Part shown: positions 42,060 through 51,793 of the stretch, in pieces
How the letters are laid out: each line of letters opens with the position of its first letter
Numbering within the stretch: position 1 is the first letter of the stretch
Assembly (NCBI GenBank): GCA_031459915.1
Contig: JAVKHO010000007.1
Span: 1 to 64,000 of the forward strand
Reading direction: 5' to 3'
Source of the DNA: Candidatus Tepidifontimicrobium thermophilum
Lineage (GTDB): Bacteria > Sysuimicrobiota > Sysuimicrobiia > Sysuimicrobiales > Sysuimicrobiaceae
DNA: 64,000 nt
Program-made: the position numbers and the translations under genes
The notes under the pieces: model-generated
Seen by the model: the letters and a program-made list of their open reading frames with translations, nothing else
Told to the model about the DNA's origin: nothing
Databases searched by the model: none

Positions 42060-42848
42060 ATGAACAGGATCCCATCTGCCTCTCCGCAGGCGCGGAGAGG
42101 TTTTCGTTTGGGCGCCCGGGATCTGACCGTGGTAGGGGCGCTGGGGGCGGTGAGCGCGGTGCTGGGCACCGTGCCGGGCCTCGGGTTCATCCCCGCTCCC
42201 ACGCCCGCGGGCGCGGCCACCACCATGCACATCCCGGTCATCCTGGCCGGCCTGGCCCGCGGGCCGCTCGCGGGAGCCCTGGTGGGAGCGGTGTTCGGCT
42301 TCTTCAGCTTCACCCGGGCCACCCTCCCCTTCTTCAAGGACCCCCTGATCGCGTTCCTCCCGCGGCTGCTCATCGGGGTCCTGAGCGCCTACGCCTTCAG
42401 GGCGCTCACGCGCCGGGCCTCGCAGCTGGTGGCGGCGCTGGCGTGTGGGGCCGCAGTGTTCACCGCCCTCGGCCCCGGCGCGGCGGCGTTCGAGGCGGCG
42501 TTCGGAGCCGGCCGGGTCCCGCGGAGCTGGCTGGTGGAGTTGTACCACGCGGTGGCCGCTGCCACCGCTCCCGCCCCGTGGGTGGGGCTGGTGGTGGGGC
42601 TGGTGAGCGCGTTGGCCGCGTACGCGGCGCTGCGGGGGGACGACGCACCCGTGGGCGCGGCGGCGGTGGTGGGGACGTTGACCAACACCGTGGGGGTGCT
42701 GGGCCTCATCGTGCTGCGGTTCCCGGACATGATGCCGCCCGGCGCGGCGTTCCTGGTGGGGGCCACCCACGGCCTTCCGGAGGCGGTGCTGGCGGTGGTG
42801 GTCACCGTTCCCGTGTACCGGGCTCTGCGGTCTGCCCGGCTGGTGTAG
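42060..42848 (+). CDS. ECF transporter S component (PanT-like)
   Basis: LGFIP, TTMHIPVIL, GAVFG, PRLLIG, GTLTNTVGVL, GLPEA; precedes coaX. Confidence 0.85.
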   Translation: MNRIPSASPQARRGFRLGARDLTVVGALGAVSAVLGTVPGLGFIPAPTPAGAATTMHIPVILAGLARGPLAGALVGAVFGFFSFTRATLPFFKDPLIAFLPRLLIGVLSAYAFRALTRRASQLVAALACGAAVFTALGPGAAAFEAAFGAGRVPRSWLVELYHAVAAATAPAPWVGLVVGLVSALAAYAALRGDDAPVGAAAVVGTLTNTVGVLGLIVLRFPDMMPPGAAFLVGATHGLPEAVLAVVVTVPVYRALRSARLV

Positions 42849-42859
42849 GGGGCTGGATC

Positions 42860-43651
42860 GTGCTTCTGGCCGTCAACGTGAACAACACCCAGATCAAGCT
42901 GGCCGTCTACTCCGACCCCGAGAGGGACGCGCAGCCGCGGGTGCACTGGCGGGTGTCCACGGAGCTGAGGAAGACGGAGGACGAGTACGGGATCCTGTTC
43001 GCCCACCTGTTCGAGCACGCGGGGCTAGGCCTGCGGGACGTGACGGACGTGGCGGTGTCGTGCGTGGTCCCGCCCCTGCTGGACACCATGGAGCGGCTTT
43101 GCGAGCGGTACTTCCGGACGCGGCCGCTGGTGGTGGGGCCCGGCATCCGCACGGGGATGCGGATCCTGTACGAGAACCCGCGGGAGGTGGGCGCGGACCG
43201 CATCTGCAACGCGGTGGCCGCCTTCGCCAAGTACGGCGGACCCAGCGTGGTGTGCGACTTCGGCACGGCCACCACCTTCACCGCGGTCTCCCGGGAGGGG
43301 GACTTCCTGGGTGGGGCCATCGCGCCCGGGATCGGGATCTCCCTGGACGCTCTCGCGGAGCACACCGCGCAGCTGCCCCGCATCGACCTGGAGAAACCGC
43401 GCAGCGCCATCGGCCGGTCCACCGTGGCCGCCATGCAGGCGGGGGTGTACTACGGGTTCGTGGGGCAGGTGGAGGAGATCGTCCGGAGGATCCAGCGGGA
43501 GCTGGGCGAAGCCGTCACTGTGATCGCTACCGGCGGGTGGGCCCGCTTGCTGGCGGAGGAGCTCACGTGCATCCACCACCACGACCCCCTGCTGACCCTG
43601 GAGGGCCTGCGGATCCTGTTCCTCCGCAACCGACGGGCGGAGGCCCGGTAG
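42860..43651 (+). CDS. coaX: Type III pantothenate kinase
   Basis: LLAVNVNNTQI, SCVVP, EVGADRI, DFGTATT, GGAIAPG, ATGG, LTLEGL. Confidence 0.95.
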   Translation: MLLAVNVNNTQIKLAVYSDPERDAQPRVHWRVSTELRKTEDEYGILFAHLFEHAGLGLRDVTDVAVSCVVPPLLDTMERLCERYFRTRPLVVGPGIRTGMRILYENPREVGADRICNAVAAFAKYGGPSVVCDFGTATTFTAVSREGDFLGGAIAPGIGISLDALAEHTAQLPRIDLEKPRSAIGRSTVAAMQAGVYYGFVGQVEEIVRRIQRELGEAVTVIATGGWARLLAEELTCIHHHDPLLTLEGLRILFLRNRRAEAR

Positions 43652-43701
43652 ACGACGGTCCCGTCGGCAGCCGGGGCCCGCCGGCGTGGTACATTGGCGT
43701 C

Positions 43702-44679
43702 GTGAAACGGGTCGTCAGCGTGAGCCTGGGCTCGTCCCGGCGGGACAGCCGCGTGGAGCTGGAGCTGCTGGGCGAGCGGGTGCTTTTGGAGCGGGTGGGG
43801 ACGGACGGCGACCTGCGCCGGTGCGCGCAGCTGCTGGAGTCCCTGGACGGGCAGGTGGACGCCATCGGGCTGGGGGGCATGGACCTCTTCCTGCAGGCGG
43901 GCCGCCGGCGTTACTGCCTCCGGGATGCGGTGCGTCTGGTGCGCCGGGTCCGGCAGACCCCGGTGGTGGACGGAAGCGGGCTCAAGCAGGCGTGGGAGCC
44001 GTACGTGGTCCTCCACTACCTGCCGGAGGTGGTGGGCTACTCCCTGCGGGGCCGCCGGGTGCTGCAGGTGAGCTCTGTGGACCGGTACGGGATGGCGGAA
44101 GCCTTCGACCGTGCGGGCGCTCAGGTGGTGTACGGTGACTTCCTGTTCGCGCTGGGTCTGCCGTTCCCCCTTCGGTCGTTGCGCGCAGTACGCGTCCTGG
44201 CTGCCCTGCTGCTTCCCTTCCTCACCCAGCTGCCGGTCGGGTGGCTGTACCCCACCGGGGTCCGACAGGAGCGTACCACCCCGCGGTACGGGGGGTACTT
44301 CCGCTGGGCCGAGGTGGTGGCGGGGGACTTCCACTTCATCCGCCGGTACATGCCCGACGACCTAAGGGACAAGGTGGTACTGAGCCAGACCCTCACGCGC
44401 CAGGACGTGGAGGAGCTCCGGCGGCGCGGCGTGGCGCTGCTGGTCACCGTGACGCCGGAGATCGGCGGGCGGTCCCTGGGGACCAACGTGTTTCAGGCGC
44501 TGGTGGTGGCGTTCGCGGGCAAGCCTCCGGAGGCCATCGCGCCCGGGGAGTACGTGGAGTGGATGCAGCGCCTGGGCTTCCGCCCGCGGGTGGAGTGGCT
44601 GAACGCCCCGCGCGGGGAGGAGCTGCGCCGCCTGTACGACCGTCAGGCCCACGACGGGGCGGGGGGAAGGACGGCGTAA
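43702..44679 (+). CDS. Conserved protein of unknown function (family often mislabelled quinate 5-dehydrogenase)
   Basis: [57 protein letters not shown]. Confidence 0.8.
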   Translation: MKRVVSVSLGSSRRDSRVELELLGERVLLERVGTDGDLRRCAQLLESLDGQVDAIGLGGMDLFLQAGRRRYCLRDAVRLVRRVRQTPVVDGSGLKQAWEPYVVLHYLPEVVGYSLRGRRVLQVSSVDRYGMAEAFDRAGAQVVYGDFLFALGLPFPLRSLRAVRVLAALLLPFLTQLPVGWLYPTGVRQERTTPRYGGYFRWAEVVAGDFHFIRRYMPDDLRDKVVLSQTLTRQDVEELRRRGVALLVTVTPEIGGRSLGTNVFQALVVAFAGKPPEAIAPGEYVEWMQRLGFRPRVEWLNAPRGEELRRLYDRQAHDGAGGRTA

Positions 44680-44682
44680 GCG

Positions 44683-45774
44683 GTGGAGCGTTTCGCCTTC
44701 GTGATCCACCCGCTCCAGGCGGAGGACTTCGCCCGCAAATACCCCTTCACCCGGGCGTTGCCACCGCGGTGGGTAGAGGCGGCCTTCCGGAGGGTGCCGC
44801 CCCTGGTGGTCTCCCACATCACCGGGATCCGCTCCGCGGTGGGGACGCAGGCGGAGGGCTGGTTCATCGGACTGCCCCTCACTCCCCGGGTCCTGCTGGC
44901 CTCGGACCCGGAGTTCGTCTACCGCCGGCTCGTACGCTGTGCGGAGATCGCTCACCGGCTGGGAGCCCGCATCCTGGGGCTTGGGGCCTTCACCAAGATC
45001 GTGGGCGACCGCGGGGTGACGGTGGCCGCGCGGTCGCCCATCCCCGTGACCACGGGCAACTCGTACACCGCCGCCACCGCGGTGGAGGGTGCCCTGGTGG
45101 CCGCGCAGCGGCTGGACATCGTCCCGTCCCGAGCGCGAGCTGCGGTGGTGGGAGCCACGGGCGCCATCGGGGCGGCCTGCGCCCGGCTGCTGGCTCGCCA
45201 GGTGGGGCAGCTGACCCTGGTGGCCCGTGGGCGGGAACGTCTGGAGCAGCTGGCGGACCAGATCCGGGCGGAATCGGCCTGCTCCGTGGAGGCCACGGAC
45301 AGGGTTCGGGAGGCCGTGCGGGAGGCGGACATCGTGCTGACGGTCACCAGCGCCACGACGGTGTTGGTGGAGCCGGAGGACCTGAAGCCGGGCGCGGTGG
45401 TGTGCGACGTGGCCCGTCCCCGGAACGTGTCCCGGGAGGTGTACGCGCGCCGGGACGACGTGCTGGTGCTGGACGGCGGGGTCATCCAGGTCCCGGGGGA
45501 CGTGGACTTCGGACTGGACTTCGGCTTCCCCCCCGGCACCTGCGAGGCGTGCATGGCCGAGACGATGGCGTTGGCCCTGGAGGGCCGGTACGAGTCCTAC
45601 ACCCTGGGGGCAGACGTCCGGCTGGACCGGGTGGAGGAAATCGCCCGCATCGCGCGCAAGCACGGGTTCCGGCTGGCAGGCTTCCGGCGGTTCGAGCGCG
45701 CCATCGGCGACGACGAGGTGGAGCGGATCCGGAAGCGGGCCCGGGGACTGAGCGCGGCGGGGCCCCCGGTTTGA
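44683..45774 (+). CDS. Acyl-ACP reductase-like NAD(P)-dependent oxidoreductase (COG5322-like)
   Basis: [46 protein letters not shown]. Confidence 0.8.
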   Translation: MERFAFVIHPLQAEDFARKYPFTRALPPRWVEAAFRRVPPLVVSHITGIRSAVGTQAEGWFIGLPLTPRVLLASDPEFVYRRLVRCAEIAHRLGARILGLGAFTKIVGDRGVTVAARSPIPVTTGNSYTAATAVEGALVAAQRLDIVPSRARAAVVGATGAIGAACARLLARQVGQLTLVARGRERLEQLADQIRAESACSVEATDRVREAVREADIVLTVTSATTVLVEPEDLKPGAVVCDVARPRNVSREVYARRDDVLVLDGGVIQVPGDVDFGLDFGFPPGTCEACMAETMALALEGRYESYTLGADVRLDRVEEIARIARKHGFRLAGFRRFERAIGDDEVERIRKRARGLSAAGPPV

Positions 45775-45851
45775 AGGAACCGGAGGCGGCGCCGTATAAT
45801 ACGGGAGGAAACAGGGGACGCTGTGGGCGCGGGCCCACGGTGTTTTCTTTT
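45771..45851 (+). promoter_or_regulatory. greA promoter followed by terminator-like hairpin in the leader
   Basis: TTGAAG (45771-45776), 18 nt, TATAAT (45795-45800); stem GACGCTGTGGGC-gcgg-GCCCACGGTGTT plus T tract to 45851. Confidence 0.65.
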
Positions 45852-45923
45852 CCCGCGGCACGCTTCTTGCCCACGTCCCCTGTGGAGTCCACCGGCGAAA
45901 AGCCGGGACGACCGGGAGACGCT

Positions 45924-46394
45924 ATGGAGAAGGAGACGTTCCTCACCCCGGAAGGGCTCAGGCGGCTCGAGGAGGAGCTGGAGTACCTCAAGACGGTCAA
46001 GCGCAAGGAAGTGGCCGAGCGGATCAAGCAGGCCAAGGCCTTCGGCGACCTGAGCGAGAACTCGGAGTACGAGGACGCGAAGAACGAGCAGGCCTTCGTG
46101 GAGGGCAGGATCCTGGCGCTGGAGCAGCTGCTGCGGAACGCCAAGGTCATCCAGGGGAACGGGGCCTCCGGGGAAGTGGCCGTCGGGTCCAGGGTCCGGG
46201 TCCGGGACCTGGCGAGCGGGGAGGAGTACGAGTACTGGATCGTGGGTTCGGCGGAAGCGGACCCCTCGCAAGCCCGCATCTCCAACGAGTCTCCGGTCGG
46301 GCGCGCCCTGCTGGGGCGGCGTCCGGGAGAGGTGGTGGAGGTGCAGGTGCCTGCGGGGTTCTTGCGGCTGCAGATCACGGGCCTGGGTTCCTAG
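45924..46394 (+). CDS. greA: Transcription elongation factor GreA
   Basis: [37 protein letters not shown]. Confidence 0.98.
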   Translation: MEKETFLTPEGLRRLEEELEYLKTVKRKEVAERIKQAKAFGDLSENSEYEDAKNEQAFVEGRILALEQLLRNAKVIQGNGASGEVAVGSRVRVRDLASGEEYEYWIVGSAEADPSQARISNESPVGRALLGRRPGEVVEVQVPAGFLRLQITGLGS

Positions 46395-46421
46395 GCCCTG
46401 GTCCGGTTCTGCACAGCGCGG

Positions 46422-46452
46422 GAGCCGCCGGGCCGCCGGCGGTTCTCTGTTT
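46422..46452 (+). terminator. Intrinsic terminator after greA
   Basis: GAGCCGCCGG-gccg-CCGGCGGTTC then TCTGTTT. Confidence 0.6.
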
Positions 46453-46621
46453 GAGGGCGGCGCGGGAATGACCGTGGCCGGTGGCGGCGTTGGACCGGTG
46501 GCCGGAGGACCCGGGCGCCGGGATCGGGAGGAAGGAGAGGGAGGCCCGGGTTGCGAAACCGTCCAGTGTAAGGAAGGTCGGCAGGACGGAGCTGGAGGGC
46601 GAGAGCGGTAGGGGGCAGCGG

Positions 46622-49087
46622 ATGCCGATGTTCGAGCGGTTCACGGAGCGCGCGCGGCGCGTGATCATCCTGGCCCAGGACGAGGCCAAACGGTTGAATC
46701 ACAGCGCGGTGGGGACCGAGCACATCCTGCTCGGGATCGTTCGGGAAGGCGAGGGGGTGGCCAGCAAGGTCCTGGAGAGCCTGCACATCTCGCCCGAGCG
46801 CATCCGGGCGGAGATCGAGAGCGCCATCGGCCGCGGCGACCGTACCCCGTACGAGGAGGTGACCTTCACCCCGCGTGCCAAGAAGGTGCTGGAGCTCGCG
46901 CTGGACGAGGCGCGGCGGCTCGGTCACAACTACATCGGCACCGAGCACCTGCTGTTGGGACTCATCCGGGAGGGCGAAGGGGTAGCGGCCCGGGTGCTCG
47001 AGGCCATGGGAGCGGATCTCGAACGGGTCCGGGCCCAGGTGGTGTACCTGCTCGGGGAGGAGGGGACGTCCACGTACACACGGCCTTCCAGCAAGACGCC
47101 CACCCTGGACGAGTTCGGCAGGGATCTGACCAAGATGGCCCGGGAGGGCAAGCTGGACCCCGTCATCGGGCGGGAGCGGGAGATCGAGCGGGTCATCCAG
47201 ATCCTCAGCCGGAGGACCAAGAACAACCCGGCCCTCATCGGCGAACCCGGGGTCGGAAAGACCGCCATCGTGGAGGGCCTCGCGCAGCGCATCGTCCGGG
47301 GGGACGTGCCGGAGAGCCTGCGGGGCAAGCGGGTGGTGCAGCTCGACCTTGCGGCTCTGGTGGCCGGCACCAAGTACCGCGGGGAGTTCGAAGAGCGCAT
47401 GAAGAAGGTGATGGACGAGATCCGCAAGGCCCAGGGCGAGGTCATCCTGTTCGTGGACGAGCTGCACACCCTGGTGGGCGCGGGCGCCGCGGAGGGGGCC
47501 ATCGACGCCAGCAACATCCTCAAGCCCGCCCTCGCCCGCGGGGAACTGCAGTGCATCGGGGCCACCACCCTCGACGAGTTCCGGAAGTACATCGAGCGGG
47601 ACGCGGCCCTGGAGCGCCGTTTCGCGCCCATCCTGGTGGCGGAGCCCACGGTGGAGCAGACAGTGGAGATCCTCCGGGGCCTGCGGGAGCGGTACGAGGC
47701 GCACCACGGCGTCCGGATCAGCGACGGCGCCCTCGTGGCCGCGGCCACCCTGGCGGAGAAGTACATCACGGACCGGTTCCTCCCCGACAAGGCCATCGAC
47801 CTGATGGACGAGGCCGCGAGCCGGATCCGGCTGCAGGCCTCCTTCCTGCCCAGCGAGGTCCGGCAGGCCATGGAGCGGGTGGAGAAGACCCGCCGGGAGA
47901 AGGAGGAGGCCATCAAGAACCAGGACTTCGAGCGAGCCGCGCAGCTTCGGGATCGGGAGAAGGCCCTGCGGCAGAAGCTGGAGGAGCTGGAGGCCAGCCG
48001 CCGCAGCCAGCGGGGCCGGGACCTCACCGTGGTCACCGAGGACGACATCGCGGAGATCGTCTCCAGCTGGACGGGCATCCCGGTGACCAAGCTCATGCAG
48101 GAGGAGACCGAAAAGCTCCTCAAGATGGAGGAGAAGCTGCACGAGCGGATCGTGGGCCAGGAGGAGGCGGTGGCGGCGGTGTCCCGGGCGGTCCGCCGCG
48201 CCCGGGCGGGCCTGAAGGATCCCAAGCGGCCCATCGGGTCCTTCATCTTCCTGGGGCCCACGGGCGTGGGCAAGACGGAGCTGGCCCGCGCCCTGGCGGA
48301 GTTCCTGTTCGGGGACGAGAACGCCCTGATCCGCATTGACATGTCGGAGTACAGCGAGCGGCACACGGTCTCACGCCTGGTGGGCGCGCCGCCCGGGTAC
48401 GTGGGCTACGAGGAGGGCGGTCAGCTCACGGAGCAGGTCCGCCGCCGGCCGTACTCGGTGGTCCTGCTGGACGAGATCGAGAAGGCGCACCCGGAGGTCT
48501 TCAACGTCCTGCTGCAGATCCTGGACGACGGTCGGCTCACGGACGCGCAGGGACGGACCGTGGACTTCAAGAACACCGTCCTCATCATGACCAGCAACGT
48601 GGGCGCCCCGCAGATCGAACGGGACGCGCCGGTGTTGGGCTTCCGGGCCACCACGGATGAGCGGGTGGAGCAGCAGCGGGCCTACGAGCGGATGCGGGAC
48701 CTGGTGATGGAGGAGCTCAAGCGGACCTTCCGGCCGGAGTTCTTGAACCGCATCGACGAGATCATCGTGTTCCGGCCGCTCACGAAGGAGCAGATGCACT
48801 CCATCGTCCGGATCCTCCTGGAGCGGGTGCGGCGGGAGCTGCGGGGCCAGGGGATGGAGATCGAGTTCACCGACGCCCTCCGGGAGCTGCTGGTTCAGGA
48901 AGGGTTCGACCCGCAGTACGGCGCCCGGCCCCTGCGGCGGGCCATCCAGCGCCTGGTGGAAGACCCGCTGTCGGACGAGCTGCTGCGCGGCCGGTTCCGC
49001 CAGGGGGACCACGTGGTCGCGGACGTGCGGGACGGCAAGGTGGTCTTCGAAGGGCGGCGGGAGCCCGTGGGCGCGCAGACGGAGTAG
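46622..49087 (+). CDS. clpC: ATP-dependent Clp protease ATP-binding subunit ClpC
   Basis: [10 protein letters not shown], two Clp-N repeats, [11 protein letters not shown] middle domain, [15 protein letters not shown]. Confidence 0.98.
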   Translation: MPMFERFTERARRVIILAQDEAKRLNHSAVGTEHILLGIVREGEGVASKVLESLHISPERIRAEIESAIGRGDRTPYEEVTFTPRAKKVLELALDEARRLGHNYIGTEHLLLGLIREGEGVAARVLEAMGADLERVRAQVVYLLGEEGTSTYTRPSSKTPTLDEFGRDLTKMAREGKLDPVIGREREIERVIQILSRRTKNNPALIGEPGVGKTAIVEGLAQRIVRGDVPESLRGKRVVQLDLAALVAGTKYRGEFEERMKKVMDEIRKAQGEVILFVDELHTLVGAGAAEGAIDASNILKPALARGELQCIGATTLDEFRKYIERDAALERRFAPILVAEPTVEQTVEILRGLRERYEAHHGVRISDGALVAAATLAEKYITDRFLPDKAIDLMDEAASRIRLQASFLPSEVRQAMERVEKTRREKEEAIKNQDFERAAQLRDREKALRQKLEELEASRRSQRGRDLTVVTEDDIAEIVSSWTGIPVTKLMQEETEKLLKMEEKLHERIVGQEEAVAAVSRAVRRARAGLKDPKRPIGSFIFLGPTGVGKTELARALAEFLFGDENALIRIDMSEYSERHTVSRLVGAPPGYVGYEEGGQLTEQVRRRPYSVVLLDEIEKAHPEVFNVLLQILDDGRLTDAQGRTVDFKNTVLIMTSNVGAPQIERDAPVLGFRATTDERVEQQRAYERMRDLVMEELKRTFRPEFLNRIDEIIVFRPLTKEQMHSIVRILLERVRRELRGQGMEIEFTDALRELLVQEGFDPQYGARPLRRAIQRLVEDPLSDELLRGRFRQGDHVVADVRDGKVVFEGRREPVGAQTE

Positions 49088-49090
49088 ACC

Positions 49091-49663
49091 CTAGGGAGGG
49101 CCTCCCGGGCTAAGGAGTTCGTCCCGAAGGACCCCGATGTACGGGAGATTCCGGTACAGCTGGCGGTAGTCCAGCCCGTAGCCCACCACGAACCGGTCCG
49201 GTACCTCAAACCCCACGTACGCCAGGGGCAGGTTGGGCGCGATGCGCCGGACCCGCTTGTCCAGCAGGGTACAGATGACCAGGCTGGCAGGCCGGCGCGC
49301 CCGCAGCAGGCGGGTGAGGTAGGCGGCGGTGAGGCCGGTGTCCACGATATCCTCCACCAGGACGACGTGACGGTCGGTGATCTCCTCGTCGAGGTCCTTG
49401 AGCAGCCGGACCGCGCCGGTGGCCGCGTGGCGGGTACCGTAGGCGGCGATGGCCATGAAGTCGATCTCGTGGGGGATGCGCAGGGCCCGGCTGAGGTCCG
49501 AGAGGAAGTACACGGAACCCCGCAGCATGCCCACCAGCAGAGGCCGCAACCCCGCATAGTCGCGCTCCAGCTCGGCTGCCAGCTCCCGCACCCGCCGCTG
49601 GAGGGCGGCCTCGTCGAACAGCACCTCCTGGATGTCCTCGTCCAGACTCCGGAGGGCGCTCAT
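49091..49663 (-). CDS. hpt: Hypoxanthine phosphoribosyltransferase
   Basis: VLVEDIVDTGLT, LLDK, FVVGYGLDY, YRNLPYI. Confidence 0.96.
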   Translation of the reverse strand: MSALRSLDEDIQEVLFDEAALQRRVRELAAELERDYAGLRPLLVGMLRGSVYFLSDLSRALRIPHEIDFMAIAAYGTRHAATGAVRLLKDLDEEITDRHVVLVEDIVDTGLTAAYLTRLLRARRPASLVICTLLDKRVRRIAPNLPLAYVGFEVPDRFVVGYGLDYRQLYRNLPYIGVLRDELLSPGGPP

Positions 49664-50046
49664 GAGGCGCCAGAGCGGGGCGCGGCCGAGGCCGCCGGCG
49701 GCCGCAGGCCGTACTTCAACAGGAGGTTCCGGAAGTCGCGGCCGTAGAAGACCCGGAGGTTCACGTTCGGGTACAGCTGCCGGAGCTTCCGGATCTTGCG
49801 GTTCTTCCGGGTGACCAGGGCCTGCTTGAGGGTCGTCAGCTCGATGTACAGGTCGAAGTCGGGCAGGTAGAAGTCCGGAGTGAAGCGCTCCCGGGGACGG
49901 CCTGCCCGGTCCCAGCTGAGGACGAAGGACCGCGGCTCGTATTCCCACCGGATCCCGTAGAAGTCCAGGATCCGGGCGAACTCCTCTTCCGCGGGGTTGG
50001 CGAACCGCGCGGCCCGCTTGCGTCGGGGGGAGGATGCCGCACCCAT
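49660..50046 (-). CDS. Small PD-(D/E)xK nuclease-fold protein
   Basis: FANPAEEEFARILDFYGIRWEYEP, FTPDFYLP, YIELTT; stop overlaps hpt start. Confidence 0.8.
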   Translation of the reverse strand: MGAASSPRRKRAARFANPAEEEFARILDFYGIRWEYEPRSFVLSWDRAGRPRERFTPDFYLPDFDLYIELTTLKQALVTRKNRKIRKLRQLYPNVNLRVFYGRDFRNLLLKYGLRPPAASAAPRSGAS

Positions 50047-50229
50047 GGTCGAGCGCCTGTTCGAAGCCAGTATACGAGCCCCGGCCCGGGGCTGCAACGC
50101 GGTGGGTTTGCCAGGGAGCCGGCGAACGTGGGAGAATAGCGCAGGCGCCCACCTCTCGCGGATCCGTGTTCGGCCCAAAAAGGCAGGGGAGTTACGCCCG
50201 CAGGTCACGGGCGCCGAAGGAGTTGTGCG

Positions 50230-51420
50230 ATGGCGAAGGACAGCTGGCAGCAACTGGTGAAGGAGGCCACGGAACGGCTGCGCAGCCCGGACGCGACGGT
50301 CCGCAGCGACGCGGCCCTCAGCCTGGGCAAGCTGGACGCTCCCGAGGCTCCGGCCCCCGTGGTGGCCGAGGCCATCGACGCCCTCAGCCGGATCCTGGAC
50401 GACCCGGACGAGTACGTGCGCAAGAGCGCGGTCCACGCCCTGGGTCGGCTGCGCGCGAGGGACCCGAGGGCCCTCGAGGGGATCCGCTTCGCCTTGGGGG
50501 ACCGGTCGGAGCAGGTGGTCCAGGAGGCAGTGACCCAGGTCCAGCAGGCGGCGGATGCCGGAGCGGTGGACGGACTCATCCGGGTCCTGGGCCGGCGGGA
50601 GCGCACGCTGCAGAACGCGGCCAGCCAGGCCCTGGTGCGCATCGGCGCACCCGCGGTCCGGCCCCTCCTGGAGACCTTCAAGGACCGGAACCTGCGCCGG
50701 CGCGTGCACAACCAGGTGCTGCGGATCATCGAGGACATCAAGGGCAGGGCAGTGGAGCCCCTGCTGGGTGCCCTGGAGGACGAGAACCAGTACGTGCGGG
50801 CGTACGCGGTGGCGCTGCTCGGGAGGCTGGGGGACGAGCGCGCCGTGGAGCCCCTGGTCCGCCTCTTCCTGACGGACGCCAGGCTGCAGGAGACGGTCGT
50901 GAACACCCTGCCCCGGCTGGAGGAGCGGGGGGTGCTGGAGGCCCCTTCCGGAGACCGGGACGTGCAGCTGCCCAAGGAGGTGGCGGCGGCCTTCCGCAAG
51001 CTGGCGTCCACGCCGGAGGCCCTGCAGGCCCTGCGGGCCGCGGTGGCAGGCGGCAATCCGAAGGTGCGGAAGTTCGCCCTACGCGCCCTCTTCGAGGTGG
51101 AGGGCGCACGGGCCAGGGAGACCCTGCTGGGCCTGCTGAGGGACGAGGACACGGAGGTGCAGCGGCTCGCCATCCGGCTGCTGGGGAAGCTGCACGACAA
51201 GACGGTCATCGAGCCGTTGCTGGCTCTGCTCAAGGGCGCCAACCCGCAGGTGGAGGAGGTGGTGTGGAACACCATCAAGGTCCTCACCGACCTGCGGGAG
51301 TACGAGCAGCTGCGGTCCCGGGTGGCCCGGGAACGGGCGGGAGCACCCGCCCGGCCCACGGTCCGGGTGTTCAAGACCGAGCGCGACGTCTCCCCCGACT
51401 GGTGGCGGGACCAGGACTGA
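50230..51420 (+). CDS. HEAT-repeat (PBS lyase-like) protein
   Basis: Repeats such as VRSDAALSLGKL, VRKSAVHALGRL, VRAYAVALLGRLGDERAVEPL. Confidence 0.9.
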   Translation: MAKDSWQQLVKEATERLRSPDATVRSDAALSLGKLDAPEAPAPVVAEAIDALSRILDDPDEYVRKSAVHALGRLRARDPRALEGIRFALGDRSEQVVQEAVTQVQQAADAGAVDGLIRVLGRRERTLQNAASQALVRIGAPAVRPLLETFKDRNLRRRVHNQVLRIIEDIKGRAVEPLLGALEDENQYVRAYAVALLGRLGDERAVEPLVRLFLTDARLQETVVNTLPRLEERGVLEAPSGDRDVQLPKEVAAAFRKLASTPEALQALRAAVAGGNPKVRKFALRALFEVEGARARETLLGLLRDEDTEVQRLAIRLLGKLHDKTVIEPLLALLKGANPQVEEVVWNTIKVLTDLREYEQLRSRVARERAGAPARPTVRVFKTERDVSPDWWRDQD

Positions 51421-51427
51421 GTCCGGC

Positions 51428-51760
51428 ATGCTGGTCTGTTTGGTCACCGCCCCGCACCCGGAGGACGCTCACCGCATCGCCCGGGCCCTGGTGGAAGAAC
51501 GCTTGGCCGCGTGCGTGAACGTGGTCCCGGGGGTGCGGTCGGTGTACCGGTGGCAGGGCGCGGTGGAGGAGGCAGGCGAGGTCCTCCTGGTCGTCAAGAC
51601 CACCCGCGAGCGCTTCCCTGCTCTGCGGGACCGCATCGCCGCCCTGCACCCCTACCAGGTCCCCGAGGTCGTGAGCCTACCCGTGGAGGACGCCCTGGCC
51701 GCCTATCGGGTTTGGGTAGAGGAGTCCGTGGCGGAGGCCGAGTCCCGGCGGGAGGCCTGA
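51428..51760 (+). CDS. cutA: Divalent-cation tolerance protein CutA
   Basis: LVEERLAACVN, SVYRWQG, HPYQVPE. Confidence 0.96.
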   Translation: MLVCLVTAPHPEDAHRIARALVEERLAACVNVVPGVRSVYRWQGAVEEAGEVLLVVKTTRERFPALRDRIAALHPYQVPEVVSLPVEDALAAYRVWVEESVAEAESRREA

Positions 51761-51793
51761 CCACCGGCCGGGATCAGGTCGCCTGCTCCACGC

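Noticed and set aside
50130..50229. Glycine riboswitch-like words GGAGA and CGCCGAAGGAG
   Set aside because: The required downstream CTCTCAGG segment is missing; AAGGAG is simply the SD of the HEAT-repeat gene.
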